A DNA stretch of 64,000 nt, from the NCBI GenBank assembly GCA_040772225.1, contig JAXGYO010000002.1, positions 1,066,767 to 1,130,766 on the forward strand. The letters run 5' to 3'. Below are positions 43,274 to 52,916 of the stretch, one piece after another. Both the position numbers and the translations under genes were made by a program. The first letter of the stretch is position 1, and each line of letters opens with the position of its first letter. The stretch is from Anaerolineae bacterium. Its GTDB lineage: Bacteria > Chloroflexota > Anaerolineae > UBA1429. The notes beneath the pieces are model-generated. The model ran no database searches. It worked only from the letters and a program-made list of their open reading frames with translations, and was not told the DNA's origin.

Positions 43274-44947
43274 ATGTCCAACCCGATGCCTGTCGGCACC
43301 ACCAAAGGTCCCGGTGAGACGCCCCACGAGTACGTCTTTGTGGCTGCCGATCCGGAGCAACTGGTCAAGTATGGAGAGTTCGTGTACTACGAGACCGCCG
43401 TTGAGGGCGAGACGCGCCCGATTCTGGGCCGAGTCAGCAAACGCGTACCTCTGCGACTGTACCCCGACACGTTCCTCAGCGATCCGACCGTGTCTCCCGC
43501 ACAGGTGGCCGATCTCCTGGGGTATGATCACGAGCCTCACGAGCTCTTTGAGATCACCGTTGCCATACTGGGCTACTTTGATCCGGTGATGGGTTTCGTG
43601 AATCCGCGCGTGCCCCCGCCCTCCGGCACGCCTATCTATGTCGCCACCAACGAACATCTCGGACAGGTACTCTGCCGGCTCAGGACCGGAGAGATCGGCG
43701 GAGTGCACATCGGCTCGCTGCTGAGTCGCCCGCGAGGCGCCGTACCCATCGTCCTGGACGCGCGCGGTTTCACCAGCACGCACATGGCCATTATCGCCTC
43801 CACGGGATCTGGCAAGAGCTATCTGGCCGGCGTGGTGCTCGAGGAGTTGATGCGACCGAACAACCGCGCCGCTGTGCTGGTCATCGATCCGCACGCCGAA
43901 TACGACACACTCACCGAGATGCAGGGTCATCCCGGCTTTCGATCAGACGGTTACGAGCCGCGGGTCAAGATTGTTCGCCCCAATGACATCAAAGTGCGCG
44001 TCTCGTCATTGGAACTGGGGGACCTCAGGTACCTCATCCCCAACCTCTCCGAGCGGATGCACTTTTTGCTTGGCCAGGCATATCGACGCGTCACCAACAA
44101 GCACGGCAGCAAGTGGAATCGCGGCGACTTTCTGGTCGAAATCAGGGCTGGAATCAAGGGCCAGGCTGTCACCGATCCCGACAGTGATGAGGACGAGGAT
44201 GTCACCGTTGGTGCGCTCATCTGGCGCGTCAACCAGCTGCTTGAGCACTCGCTGATCTTTGACGACAACCGCAACCTGCCGCTGCGCGAGTTGCTGACTC
44301 CGGGGCAGTGCACGGTGCTGCAGTTGAACGAGATATCGGAACGGGAGCAGCAGATCATCGTGGCAACGCTGCTCCGGCGACTGAATCAGGCCCGCATGGA
44401 CACCGTGCGGGGCCGCACCGGCTCAGGCTCCGATGACTATGTGCCCTACCCGGCCTTTGTGCTGATCGAGGAGGCGCACAACTTTGCGCCTGCCAATGCC
44501 GACATTGTCACCACCGGCATCCTCAAGCAGATCCTTTCCGAGGGGCGCAAGTTCGGCGTTGCCGTAGGGCTCATCAGCCAGCGGCCGGGCAAGCTGGACA
44601 GCGATGTGCTCTCGCAATGCATGACGCAATGCATCATGCGGATCGTCAACCCCATCGACCAGGCGCGGGTCGCTGAGAGCGTCGAATCCGTGGGGCGCGA
44701 CCTGCTGGCCGAGCTGCCCGCCCTGAGCAAGGGTCAGGTCATCGTCGCCGGGGCTTCGGTGAATACCCCCGTGCTGGTGCAGGTGCGCGAGAGGCTCACC
44801 CGGCACGGTGCGGAGGATCCTGACGCCCCCGCGCAATGGCAAGCCTACTATGCCGAGGACGCGGTTTTTCAGCGGGAGCGCGATAACGCCCGCCCGCCCG
44901 ATGCGCCTCCTATCACGGACGACCCGCTCGACAGGCTGTTCCAATAG
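43274..44947 (+). CDS. herA: HerA-like FtsK/HerA-superfamily hexameric ATPase/helicase
   Basis: About 557 aa. Walker A HMAIIASTGSGKSYLAGVVLEEL and Walker B AFVLIEEAHNFAP, plus RKFGVAVGLISQRPGKLD. ATG 43274 lies 7 nt after GAGGAG. The track start GTG 43268 is also possible. Confidence 0.85.
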   Translation: MSNPMPVGTTKGPGETPHEYVFVAADPEQLVKYGEFVYYETAVEGETRPILGRVSKRVPLRLYPDTFLSDPTVSPAQVADLLGYDHEPHELFEITVAILGYFDPVMGFVNPRVPPPSGTPIYVATNEHLGQVLCRLRTGEIGGVHIGSLLSRPRGAVPIVLDARGFTSTHMAIIASTGSGKSYLAGVVLEELMRPNNRAAVLVIDPHAEYDTLTEMQGHPGFRSDGYEPRVKIVRPNDIKVRVSSLELGDLRYLIPNLSERMHFLLGQAYRRVTNKHGSKWNRGDFLVEIRAGIKGQAVTDPDSDEDEDVTVGALIWRVNQLLEHSLIFDDNRNLPLRELLTPGQCTVLQLNEISEREQQIIVATLLRRLNQARMDTVRGRTGSGSDDYVPYPAFVLIEEAHNFAPANADIVTTGILKQILSEGRKFGVAVGLISQRPGKLDSDVLSQCMTQCIMRIVNPIDQARVAESVESVGRDLLAELPALSKGQVIVAGASVNTPVLVQVRERLTRHGAEDPDAPAQWQAYYAEDAVFQRERDNARPPDAPPITDDPLDRLFQ

Positions 44948-44973
44948 CACGCCAGAACTAGACGGAGTGACGC

Positions 44974-45984
44974 ATGCAGATCACCGCTACCGTGCCGATG
45001 CGCGTGGACCTCGCCGGAGGCACGCTGGATGTTTACCCGCTGTACCTCTTTGAGGGCGGCGGGCTCACACTCAACGCAGCCGTATCCATCAATGCCACGG
45101 TGCAGCTCGCCACGCGCGCGGACCAGCGCATCACTATCACGTCTTCAGACCTGCACGAGCGTCAGGAGATCGCTTCTCTGGACGCCCTCGAACCCGGAGG
45201 CCCACTCGCCCTGGTGCACTATGCGCTGCAGTACTACCAGCCCGCCTGTGGCCTGGACATCACTATCCACAGCGAGGCACCCATCGGGTCGGGCCTGGGC
45301 GCATCATCGGCGCTGCTGATGGCGCTCTCTGCGGCGCTGTGCAAGCTCACCGGCCGCCCCATCGCCTATGATCGCATCATCGACGTGGGCGCCAATATTG
45401 AGGCCCAGGTGGTGGGCATCCCGACGGGCAAACAGGACTATTTCCCGCCCTTGTACGGCGGGCTCTGCTCTCTCTGGTTCGGCCTGGATGGCTGGGAATG
45501 CGAGCGACTATCGGACACGGCGGATCTGGTCGTTCTGCTAAACGAGCGCCTGATCGTCTCTTATACGGGCATTCCCCACTCTTCGGCGGTCACCAACTGG
45601 GCCATGCTCAAGGGGTATATCGAAAAGCAGGGTAGCACAGTCGAGCGCATCCACGAGATCAAGGCGATCGCGCAGGCCATGCGTACCGCGCTACAGCAGG
45701 CCGATCTGGAGGCCTTTTACCGGCTGTTGGACAACGAGTGGCAACTGCGACGAGGTCTGGCAAAAGGGGTGAGCACGCCCGCGATCGACGCCATTGTAGC
45801 AGCGGGCCAGCGCGCCGGCGCTGCTGCCAGCAAGATCTGCGGCGCCGGCGGCGGGGGCTGCATGATCACCCTAGCCGAGCCGCACCTGGTGCCCGGCGTG
45901 AGGGCGGCGCTGGCCGGCGCTGGCGCAACGATTCTGCCCGCCACCCTGGTCAGTCAAGGGCTAAAGCTCACAGTCAGAGACTAG
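44974..45984 (+). CDS. GHMP-family sugar kinase
   Basis: 336 aa. N-terminus PMRVDLAGGTLDVYPLYL and GHMP motif II EAPIGSGLGASSALLMAL. C-terminal CGAGGGGCMI. Substrate unknown. Confidence 0.85.
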   Translation: MQITATVPMRVDLAGGTLDVYPLYLFEGGGLTLNAAVSINATVQLATRADQRITITSSDLHERQEIASLDALEPGGPLALVHYALQYYQPACGLDITIHSEAPIGSGLGASSALLMALSAALCKLTGRPIAYDRIIDVGANIEAQVVGIPTGKQDYFPPLYGGLCSLWFGLDGWECERLSDTADLVVLLNERLIVSYTGIPHSSAVTNWAMLKGYIEKQGSTVERIHEIKAIAQAMRTALQQADLEAFYRLLDNEWQLRRGLAKGVSTPAIDAIVAAGQRAGAAASKICGAGGGGCMITLAEPHLVPGVRAALAGAGATILPATLVSQGLKLTVRD

Positions 45985-46032
45985 CGCAGACTCGCCCTCG
46001 CAGGCGTCTCCTGTTGGAAAAAGCAAGCGTCT

Positions 46033-46539
46033 TTACGACTGTGCCTGCTTGCCGGCCGGCGCGGTCGCAGCGGCAGCGGCACTCTCACTTGCCGCCTCAT
46101 CGCCAGACTCATCCTGGCCAGATGAGTCACGCTCCTCGGCATGAGTCAATTCCTCCAGGCCATTCTGTATGGTGCGGGCCAGCCGCTCGACCTGCGCCTC
46201 CAGTTGCCTCAGGGACCCAATCGCGTAGGCGTCTGACCCGGCGCGGACCTCCTCGGCCTCCTGACGGGCGCGCTCAAGGATTCGACGCGCATCGATCTCC
46301 GCCTGCTGTCTGATGCTCTGCTCATCCAGAAGCCGCGCCGCATCCTCTCGAGCCTGTTCCAGGATCAACCGGGCTTCTTCCTGGGCCTGCGCAATATAGC
46401 GCTCTTTTTCTGCCTCAAACTCCTGATAGCGACGCAGATCCTGCGGAATCGTGATCCGCATCTGGTCGACGATATTCAGAAAGGCCTCGCGATCCACCGA
46501 AACGTTGCCGCCAAAAGGCAGGCGACGGCCGTTTTCCAC
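46033..46539 (-). CDS. Coiled-coil protein of unknown function (ATP-synthase-b/DivIVA-like heptad region)
   Basis: 168 aa: MENGRRLPFGGNVSVDREAFLNIVDQMRITIPQDLRRYQEFEAEKERYIAQAQEEARLILEQAREDAARLL... The tail is acidic. It is the last gene of the recG-coaD operon. Confidence 0.6.
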   Translation of the reverse strand: MENGRRLPFGGNVSVDREAFLNIVDQMRITIPQDLRRYQEFEAEKERYIAQAQEEARLILEQAREDAARLLDEQSIRQQAEIDARRILERARQEAEEVRAGSDAYAIGSLRQLEAQVERLARTIQNGLEELTHAEERDSSGQDESGDEAASESAAAAATAPAGKQAQS

Positions 46540-46602
46540 AAGTTCCTCAAGCCGATCTACGAGCTGTAAGATGTCGATGTCAAGCCTCCAAATTGCCCGG
46601 CG

Positions 46603-47082
46603 CTACCGCTCGAGACGCTCGCGCATCCGCGCTGCCACGAAATCAGGCACCATCTGTGCGATGCACCCGCCAGCCATGGCGATCTCCTTGACGATAGACG
46701 AACTGATAAATGCATACTCTAGACCTGTCATCAGACAGATCATGTCCATATCAGGATCGAGCTTACGGGTCGTCATGGCCATCTGGTATTCTAGCTCAAA
46801 GTCTGAGATAACCCTCAGGCCACGGACGATAATGTTCGCACCGTGTCGGCGCGCAAAATCAACCGTAAGGCCATCATATCCCTCAACCACGATGTTGTCC
46901 ACATCGGCCAGCGCCTCCTGCGCCAGCGCAACGCGTTCGTCGACGGAGAACATCAATCTCTTGCGTGGGTTCGCATAGGCTCCCACGACCAGCCGATCAA
47001 AGGCCTTGGCTGCGCGACGCGCTACGTCGATGTGCCCAAAGTGGATCGGATCGAAACTACCAGGGTAGACGGCTGTTCTCAC
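46603..47082 (-). CDS. coaD: Phosphopantetheine adenylyltransferase
   Basis: 159 aa. MRTAVYPGSFDPIHFGHIDV carries the HxGH nucleotidyltransferase motif, and ISSSIVKEI is typical of CoaD. Confidence 0.95.
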   Translation of the reverse strand: MRTAVYPGSFDPIHFGHIDVARRAAKAFDRLVVGAYANPRKRLMFSVDERVALAQEALADVDNIVVEGYDGLTVDFARRHGANIIVRGLRVISDFELEYQMAMTTRKLDPDMDMICLMTGLEYAFISSSIVKEIAMAGGCIAQMVPDFVAARMRERLER

Positions 47083-47091
47083 CTTACCTCC

Positions 47092-49545
47092 CTATGAACG
47101 AGAAACCGTATCCCAAAATGATGCAACATGTCTGGCGAGTTCTGCGTGCTCGGGCTGGCGCAGTTCTGGATCCTGGCGATAGATGCGCATAGCCTCTTGC
47201 CGCGCGAGCTCCAGAGTACTCCTATCCGAGAGCTGCGCCAACCGCAACTCTGGCAGCCCGTGCTGCCTGACTCCCATAAAGTCGCCAGGGCCGCGCAACT
47301 CCAGGTCCTTCTCGGCCAGCACAAAGCCATCATTGGTCTCAGCCATGATCTGAAGACGCGCCAGATTCGCCTCTGTTGCGCTTTCCGAAAGCAGCACGCA
47401 ATAGGAGCGGGCCTCACCCCGTCCCACACGTCCACGGAATTGATGCAACTGCGCGAGGCCAAAGCGTTCGGCGCCTTCTATTACCATGCAAGTTGCATTC
47501 GGCACATCCACCCCGACCTCTACGACCGCTGTAGAGACGAGGATGTCAAATAGGCCCGCCTTGAACTGCCTCATCACCAGTTCCTTCTCGTCGGCTGGCA
47601 CGCGCCCGTGCAACAAGCCCAGGCGAAACTGCGGAAAGACACGCTTGCTCAGGTGCTCATGCTCCTCGACCGCAGCCCGGGCATCGATCTGTTCCGACTC
47701 TTCCACGAGCGGGTAAATGATGTATGCCTGATGGCCCGCTTCCACCTCGTCACGCACGAACCGGTATACCGCCTCGCGGCTCGATTGTGTCCTGACAGCC
47801 GTCAGGATCGGTTGTCTGTGAGGTGGTAGTTCATCCAGCACGGAGACATCCATATCACCATAGATCGTCAGGGCAAGCGTTCGAGGGATCGGGGTCGCGC
47901 TCATCGCCAGCATGTGCGGCCGAAAACTCGTGTTCTTGTCACGCAAGGTCTGCCGTTGCGTCACCCCAAACCGGTGCTGCTCATCTACGATCACCAAACC
48001 CAGATTGTGGAATTCGACGCCCTCCTGAATGAGCGCGTGCGTGCCGATGATGATATCGATCTCTCCCGAGGCAAGATGCGCTCGAATCTCGGCCTTTTCC
48101 TGTGCCGGCTGGCTGCCCTCGAGCAAAGCGACGGTGACATCGGGCAGGTGACTCAAGAGCTGCGTGATGGTCTGGGTATGTTGCTCCGCCAGAATGGAGG
48201 TGGGGGCCATCAGAGCCGCCTGAAACCCGCCGGTCACGGCGGCCAGCATCGCCGCGACAGCCACGACGGTCTTGCCCGAACCGACATCTCCCTGCAGGAG
48301 ACGAGACATGGGCACCGGCTGGGCCATGTCATGCAGTATCTCATCAATGGCCCGGCGCTGGGCTCCGGTAAGCGCAAAGGGGAGGCCAGCCGTGAACGCT
48401 TCGAGGACATGCGAATGCGTCTCGATAGCCATGCCGGGTTCCGCGCGCCACTCGCTGCGTTTGCGCAATACGCCCAGCTGCAGGAGCAGTAGCTCCTCAA
48501 AGCAGAAGCGCTCACGTGCCGCCTGGGCTTGCGCAGCACTCGCCGGAAAGTGGATCTGTTCCAGTGCGGCCGCAAGGTCCAGCAAATTGTGAGAGGCCCG
48601 CGTCTCTGGCGGCAGCGGGTCCGCAAGCTGTGGAATCACAATCTGCAGAGCATCGTGAATCAGCCGTCGTAGAGCTCGCGCATAGAGCCCCTCGGTCAGG
48701 GGATACACGGGCACCACACGCCCCGTGTTCAGCGAATCTGAGCGAAGGGGTTCCCACTCTGGCGCACTAAAGACCAGACGTCCGCGGAACTCGCCAACCT
48801 CGCCGCTAATGGCGATCTCCTGGCCTTTGCGCAGGCTCCGATCAAGATACGGCTGGTTGAACCAGGTACACTCGATCGCGCCAGAGTCATCGGCCAGTGT
48901 CACGCTCGAGATGGTCCTTCCGCCCGACCGTCGTGAACTGATGGAGCGCACGACGCCCACGACAGTCACCAACTCGCCCAACTCCAGGTCACGGATGCGC
49001 TTGACCTGGCTAAAGTCGTCATAGCGTCGAGGAAAGTGATAGGCAAGATCGCCAATCGTCTCTATGCCGAGCACCGCCAGCCGTCTGGCGATGGCGGGGC
49101 CCACGCCCTTGAGCCTGGTGACGGGATCACTGATCAGCGGGGTGGCAGGAGCGGATCGTGCGTTGGATCTGGTTTTCTGCTGGCCGCGCCTCCCTTTTGA
49201 TGCGGGTTCTACAGCGGAGGCCACCCTAGTGCTACGCTGAGGGGGCCGCCCGCCATCCTGAGCAGAACCGCTTTTCGCGGGGGGTTGGGGAGCCTGAGAA
49301 AGCAGCGCCAGCACACGGTCGACGGCCGCTTGCCGCGACTCGGGTCCCTTGGCGGCGTAACCCTCCATAAGCGACAAAACTCTGTCAATACGGTAAGGCA
49401 CGTCGATGCCCGGTTCGTCATCGGCCTCCGCCTGCCAGCTGGCGAGAAAGCGGCCAATTCCACCAATCACGGCGCGATCCTGGTACCCCTGGGTCTGTTC
49501 CAGAAGCAGGATACGCCTGAGTGTCTCGGCCGAAGGCGATGTCAT
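47092..49545 (-). CDS. recG: ATP-dependent DNA helicase RecG
   Basis: 817 aa. It has a wedge/OB region, Walker A LLQGDVGSGKT, DEQHRFGV, and helicase C motifs (HGRVPADEKE, QLHQFRGRVGRG). Confidence 0.95.
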   Translation of the reverse strand: MTSPSAETLRRILLLEQTQGYQDRAVIGGIGRFLASWQAEADDEPGIDVPYRIDRVLSLMEGYAAKGPESRQAAVDRVLALLSQAPQPPAKSGSAQDGGRPPQRSTRVASAVEPASKGRRGQQKTRSNARSAPATPLISDPVTRLKGVGPAIARRLAVLGIETIGDLAYHFPRRYDDFSQVKRIRDLELGELVTVVGVVRSISSRRSGGRTISSVTLADDSGAIECTWFNQPYLDRSLRKGQEIAISGEVGEFRGRLVFSAPEWEPLRSDSLNTGRVVPVYPLTEGLYARALRRLIHDALQIVIPQLADPLPPETRASHNLLDLAAALEQIHFPASAAQAQAARERFCFEELLLLQLGVLRKRSEWRAEPGMAIETHSHVLEAFTAGLPFALTGAQRRAIDEILHDMAQPVPMSRLLQGDVGSGKTVVAVAAMLAAVTGGFQAALMAPTSILAEQHTQTITQLLSHLPDVTVALLEGSQPAQEKAEIRAHLASGEIDIIIGTHALIQEGVEFHNLGLVIVDEQHRFGVTQRQTLRDKNTSFRPHMLAMSATPIPRTLALTIYGDMDVSVLDELPPHRQPILTAVRTQSSREAVYRFVRDEVEAGHQAYIIYPLVEESEQIDARAAVEEHEHLSKRVFPQFRLGLLHGRVPADEKELVMRQFKAGLFDILVSTAVVEVGVDVPNATCMVIEGAERFGLAQLHQFRGRVGRGEARSYCVLLSESATEANLARLQIMAETNDGFVLAEKDLELRGPGDFMGVRQHGLPELRLAQLSDRSTLELARQEAMRIYRQDPELRQPEHAELARHVASFWDTVSRS

Positions 49546-49568
49546 TGGCTACCTACTTGCCCTGGGGA

Positions 49569-50411
49569 TCATTCTGACTCGAGAGCCGCCACCCCAAGCA
49601 GCGTGGTGCCAAAGTACGAGGCCACAACGGGCCCGTACACATGATCGGTGTAGGGCTGTGTCTCGAGCACTTCCTGCATGCGCTCGTGCAGGGCGGCCCG
49701 TCCGGGGTGCAGACCGGTGCTCACTGTCCAGAGCCGCTGCAGATGCGCAAACTCGCTTACGAACTCGACCATGCGCTCCACAGGCTCGCCCCGGCGCCGC
49801 GAGCGCGGCAACGGTGAGATCTCGCCATCCTCCAGTAGCAGGAGTGGCTTGTAACCGGAAGGGGAACCCAGATAGGTGGGGTTGTTAACAACGAGGCTGT
49901 GCTTGACCAGTGCGTCGGGGTTCTCAACCACAAAGGCCCAGTAGCTGCGGGAAATCATGGCGTTGAGCTGTCGCACGATCTCGACCGCCTCGAGTCCCTT
50001 TTGAGCGGCGACTGCGGCCTCCACGGCCAACTCCCCCTGAACGCAGGAGATGAACTGCGTGTCGACGATGTGCACCTCGCACCGCCCCATGAACGCACCG
50101 CGTGCACGCCGTGCGTTCTCCACGGCTCGCGTGATGCGGCCGGCGGACAGCACCGCGATGACCTGTCCCCCGCTCCGCGAGCAGCGCTCGAGGACTGCCG
50201 AGAACTGGGCAACCGTGGGCGGTGTCACACTCATGCTGGAGCGCGACCTCAAAGTGCGACGGTAGAAATCAGGTGTGCGCAGAGCGGGGCCGTCAGCAAG
50301 TGTCTCACCATCCATCTGCACGGTCCAGGGCACTACGCGAATGCCCAGAGCCTCTACAACCTGACTATCCAGCTCCGCCGCGCTGTCGACGATGATCTGC
50401 ACACCTGCCAT
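49569..50411 (-). CDS. DegV family fatty-acid-binding protein (FakB-like)
   Basis: I place the start at ATG 50411, after AGGGGG. MAGVQIIVDSAAELDSQVVEALGIRVVPWTVQMDGETL is a DegV-type N-terminus. The longer track start would overlap the upstream gene. Confidence 0.85.
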   Translation of the reverse strand: MAGVQIIVDSAAELDSQVVEALGIRVVPWTVQMDGETLADGPALRTPDFYRRTLRSRSSMSVTPPTVAQFSAVLERCSRSGGQVIAVLSAGRITRAVENARRARGAFMGRCEVHIVDTQFISCVQGELAVEAAVAAQKGLEAVEIVRQLNAMISRSYWAFVVENPDALVKHSLVVNNPTYLGSPSGYKPLLLLEDGEISPLPRSRRRGEPVERMVEFVSEFAHLQRLWTVSTGLHPGRAALHERMQEVLETQPYTDHVYGPVVASYFGTTLLGVAALESE

Positions 50412-50437
50412 GCCCGTTTTCGCCCCCTGATGCTGCG

Positions 50438-52165
50438 CTACTCGACCGAGATGATATAGTGATAATATGCCTGTCCGCCATCGAGCACTTCGTACTCTAG
50501 ATCTGGATAGAAGACTTGCAGCGCGCGGCACAGGCCAGCTGCGTCCTCTTCGGACACATCACTGCCATAGTATACGGTCAGAATCTCGTAGCGATCCATC
50601 TCCATCTGGCCCAGCACCTCGACTGCAACAGTCAAAGGATCGTCGCCGGCCGCCTTGAGATCATCATTCCAGAGACCGATGAACTCACCCTCGCTAACGC
50701 TCAGCCCGTTCACCTGCACAGAGCGAACTGCCCGGGTAATCTCCAGGGTCTCAACCTGCTGGCACGAGTCGAGCATCGTCTCAAAGTTCTCTTCCAGGCC
50801 TGCCTGGTAGTTAAAACCGAGCAAGGCCGCTATACCCTGAGGCATCGTCTTTGTAGGGACGACACGCACCTTCTTGGTCGTGATCTGGCTCGCCTGCTGC
50901 GCGGTCAGGATGATGTTGCTGTTATTCGGCAGGATCACTACCGCTTCGTTCTTGACGCCCTCTACTGCGCTGATGAGGTCTTGTGTACTGGGGTTCATGG
51001 TCTGTCCCCCGGGCACCACAGCCTCCGCTCCCAGGCTCGTGAATACCTGTGCCAGGCCGGCCCCCGATGCCACCGCGACCACACTTACGTCGGCCAACGG
51101 GTTTGCGCCCGCCATCGATACCCGGATGAGATCCGCCGGCAGAAGCTCGGGTGATCTGGAGGCTGCCTGGTCGTCGGCACGGGAGGCCTGTACGAACTCC
51201 TGATACTGCACCTGCATGTTCTCGACAATGATCGCCGAGAGCACTCCCTGCTGGATACCGTACTCTAGAATGGGTCCCGGGTGTTCGGAATGGATGTGGA
51301 CCTTGACGGCCCGCTCGTCACCCACTACCAGGAGAGAATCTCCCATGGCAGAGAGATCATGCCGCAGATCCTCGACTGTCCGGGACGGACTTGAGATAAT
51401 GAACTGGACGTCAAACCCATAGTCCTCTTCACTCGGGTGATCGTGAACGTGCAGCGGCTCATCGGCGAGGGTAGCAAGAGCCGATTCCGGTGTGAACTCC
51501 TCACCCCTGGCATAAGCGAGTACGCCCTGGAGAATGCGTACCAGCCCCTGGCCACCTGCATCCACCACACCAGCCTCCTTCAGCACAGGCAACAAGTCGG
51601 GTGTGCGCTCGAGCGAGGCCTTGGCCTCCGTTAATGTCGCCGCGATCACGGTCTGCACATCACCGCCAACGGACGCAGCACCCTGAGCAGCCTCCGCTGC
51701 CTCGCGGATCACCGTGAGCATGGTGCCTTCAACCGGCTTCATGACGCCCTTGTAGGCTGTCTCGGCGCTCGCCGTCAGCCCGGCAGCGATATCCTGCACG
51801 GCAAGAACAGCCTTGTCATCGAGCGCGCGGGCAAAGCCACGCAGTATCTGCGAAAGGATGACGCCGGAGTTGCCGCGCGCACCCATGAGAGCGCCGTGCG
51901 AGACCCTGCGAAAGACCTCAGAGGCAGCCAGACCCTCTGCCGAACCTACCTCATCCAGAGCGGCTCGCAGAGTCAGCGACATATTGGTGCCGGTATCTCC
52001 ATCAGGGACAGGAAACACGTTCAAGGCGTTCACTTCAGCCACATGTGCCTGAAGCGATGCGCTGCCAGCCATCAGTGCATTGAACACCGCCATCCCATCG
52101 ATCGGGGCCGTCTGCCCTGGTCCTGCAGGCTCGCTATCGCCGTCTCGTACGACATCACTTGTCAA
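50438..52165 (-). CDS. DAK2-domain protein YloV/FakA-like (fatty acid kinase catalytic subunit)
   Basis: 575 aa with a TTG start. IDGMAVFNALMAGSASLQAHVAEVNALNVFPVPDGDTGTNMSLTL is the YloV/FakA N-terminal signature as I recall it from Bacillus YloV. Confidence 0.9.
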   Translation of the reverse strand: MTSDVVRDGDSEPAGPGQTAPIDGMAVFNALMAGSASLQAHVAEVNALNVFPVPDGDTGTNMSLTLRAALDEVGSAEGLAASEVFRRVSHGALMGARGNSGVILSQILRGFARALDDKAVLAVQDIAAGLTASAETAYKGVMKPVEGTMLTVIREAAEAAQGAASVGGDVQTVIAATLTEAKASLERTPDLLPVLKEAGVVDAGGQGLVRILQGVLAYARGEEFTPESALATLADEPLHVHDHPSEEDYGFDVQFIISSPSRTVEDLRHDLSAMGDSLLVVGDERAVKVHIHSEHPGPILEYGIQQGVLSAIIVENMQVQYQEFVQASRADDQAASRSPELLPADLIRVSMAGANPLADVSVVAVASGAGLAQVFTSLGAEAVVPGGQTMNPSTQDLISAVEGVKNEAVVILPNNSNIILTAQQASQITTKKVRVVPTKTMPQGIAALLGFNYQAGLEENFETMLDSCQQVETLEITRAVRSVQVNGLSVSEGEFIGLWNDDLKAAGDDPLTVAVEVLGQMEMDRYEILTVYYGSDVSEEDAAGLCRALQVFYPDLEYEVLDGGQAYYHYIISVE

Positions 52166-52210
52166 CGCCGTGGTCTCCTATCATCAACTTCCGGCCATCC
52201 GACGGGGGCG

Positions 52211-52567
52211 CTAGTCCTCGCTACTGACATGGACGCCTTGCACATGGACATTCACTTCAGCGACAGGCATCGATAGGGCCTGCTCGACACTGAACTTGAC
52301 GCTCTCCATCACATTATGCGCCACGACGGATATCCGTGTGCCGTACTCGATGACGACATACAGATCTATAACCACCTGCCCATCGACGACCTCGACGCCA
52401 ACGCCCCGGTGCACATTCTCCAGGTTGAGAATATCGGCAATCCCGTCGCGCACCGTGGCAGAGGCCATGCCAACGACGCCGTACGACGTGAGAACAGCGC
52501 GAGCGGCGATACTTGCAATTGCGCGAGGAGATACGTCGATCTTTCCAAGCGTTGTTTCTTCACTCAT
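52211..52567 (-). CDS. Asp23/Gls24 family envelope stress protein (YloU-like)
   Basis: [35 protein letters not shown]... is typical of Asp23. ATG 52567 lies 7 nt after AGGAG. Confidence 0.9.
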   Translation of the reverse strand: MSEETTLGKIDVSPRAIASIAARAVLTSYGVVGMASATVRDGIADILNLENVHRGVGVEVVDGQVVIDLYVVIEYGTRISVVAHNVMESVKFSVEQALSMPVAEVNVHVQGVHVSSED

Positions 52568-52590
52568 CACAGCGCTCCTAGATACGCTTT

Positions 52591-52619
52591 TTGCAGCGAT
52601 AACCCCAATATGGTATCAT
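52591..52619 (+). promoter_or_regulatory. Sigma70-like promoter for rpmB (TTGCAG-N17-TATCAT, TG-extended)
   Basis: TTGCAG at 52591-52596, a 17-nt spacer ending in TGG, then TATCAT at 52614-52619. It lies about 58 nt upstream of the rpmB ATG. Confidence 0.45.
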
Positions 52620-52676
52620 ATCCCTCGCTGTAGACGCAAATCCACGGGCCCTGAGCCCGCGCAGTCAAGGAGAATC

Positions 52677-52859
52677 ATGGCAAAGTGTTCTATCTGCGGT
52701 AAGGGCCCGCAATTCGGCCACAACGTCAGTCACTCCAAGCGCCGGACCAACCGTCGCTGGATGCCGAACATCCAAAAAGCAGTGGTAATGGTCAAAGGCC
52801 GTCCCACCAGGATGCTCGTCTGCACCAACTGCATGCGTACCCTGAACAAGCAGGGCTAG
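52677..52859 (+). CDS. rpmB: 50S ribosomal protein L28
   Basis: 60 aa: [68 protein letters not shown]. This is the internal ATG of track ORF 52296..52859. Confidence 0.95.
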   Translation: MAKCSICGKGPQFGHNVSHSKRRTNRRWMPNIQKAVVMVKGRPTRMLVCTNCMRTLNKQG

Positions 52860-52878
52860 CTCCGCGCAACTGAGACTG

Positions 52879-52916
52879 GGATCGTTGCCCCCTCAGGGCA
52901 GCGATCCTTCTTTTTT
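52879..52916 (+). terminator. Rho-independent terminator of rpmB, overlapping the 3' coding end of convergent rpe
   Basis: GGATCGTTGCCC-CCTCA-GGGCAGCGATCC, a 12-bp stem with one G-U pair, followed by TTCTTTTTT. The rpe stop codon (52893-52895) lies in the loop. Confidence 0.6.

Noticed and set aside
44974-45984. GHMP kinase as part of the mre11-rad50-nurA-herA system
   Set aside because: It is separated by only 26 nt, but GHMP sugar kinases have no known link to DNA-end processing. I treat it as a neighbouring metabolic gene unless synteny analysis shows otherwise.
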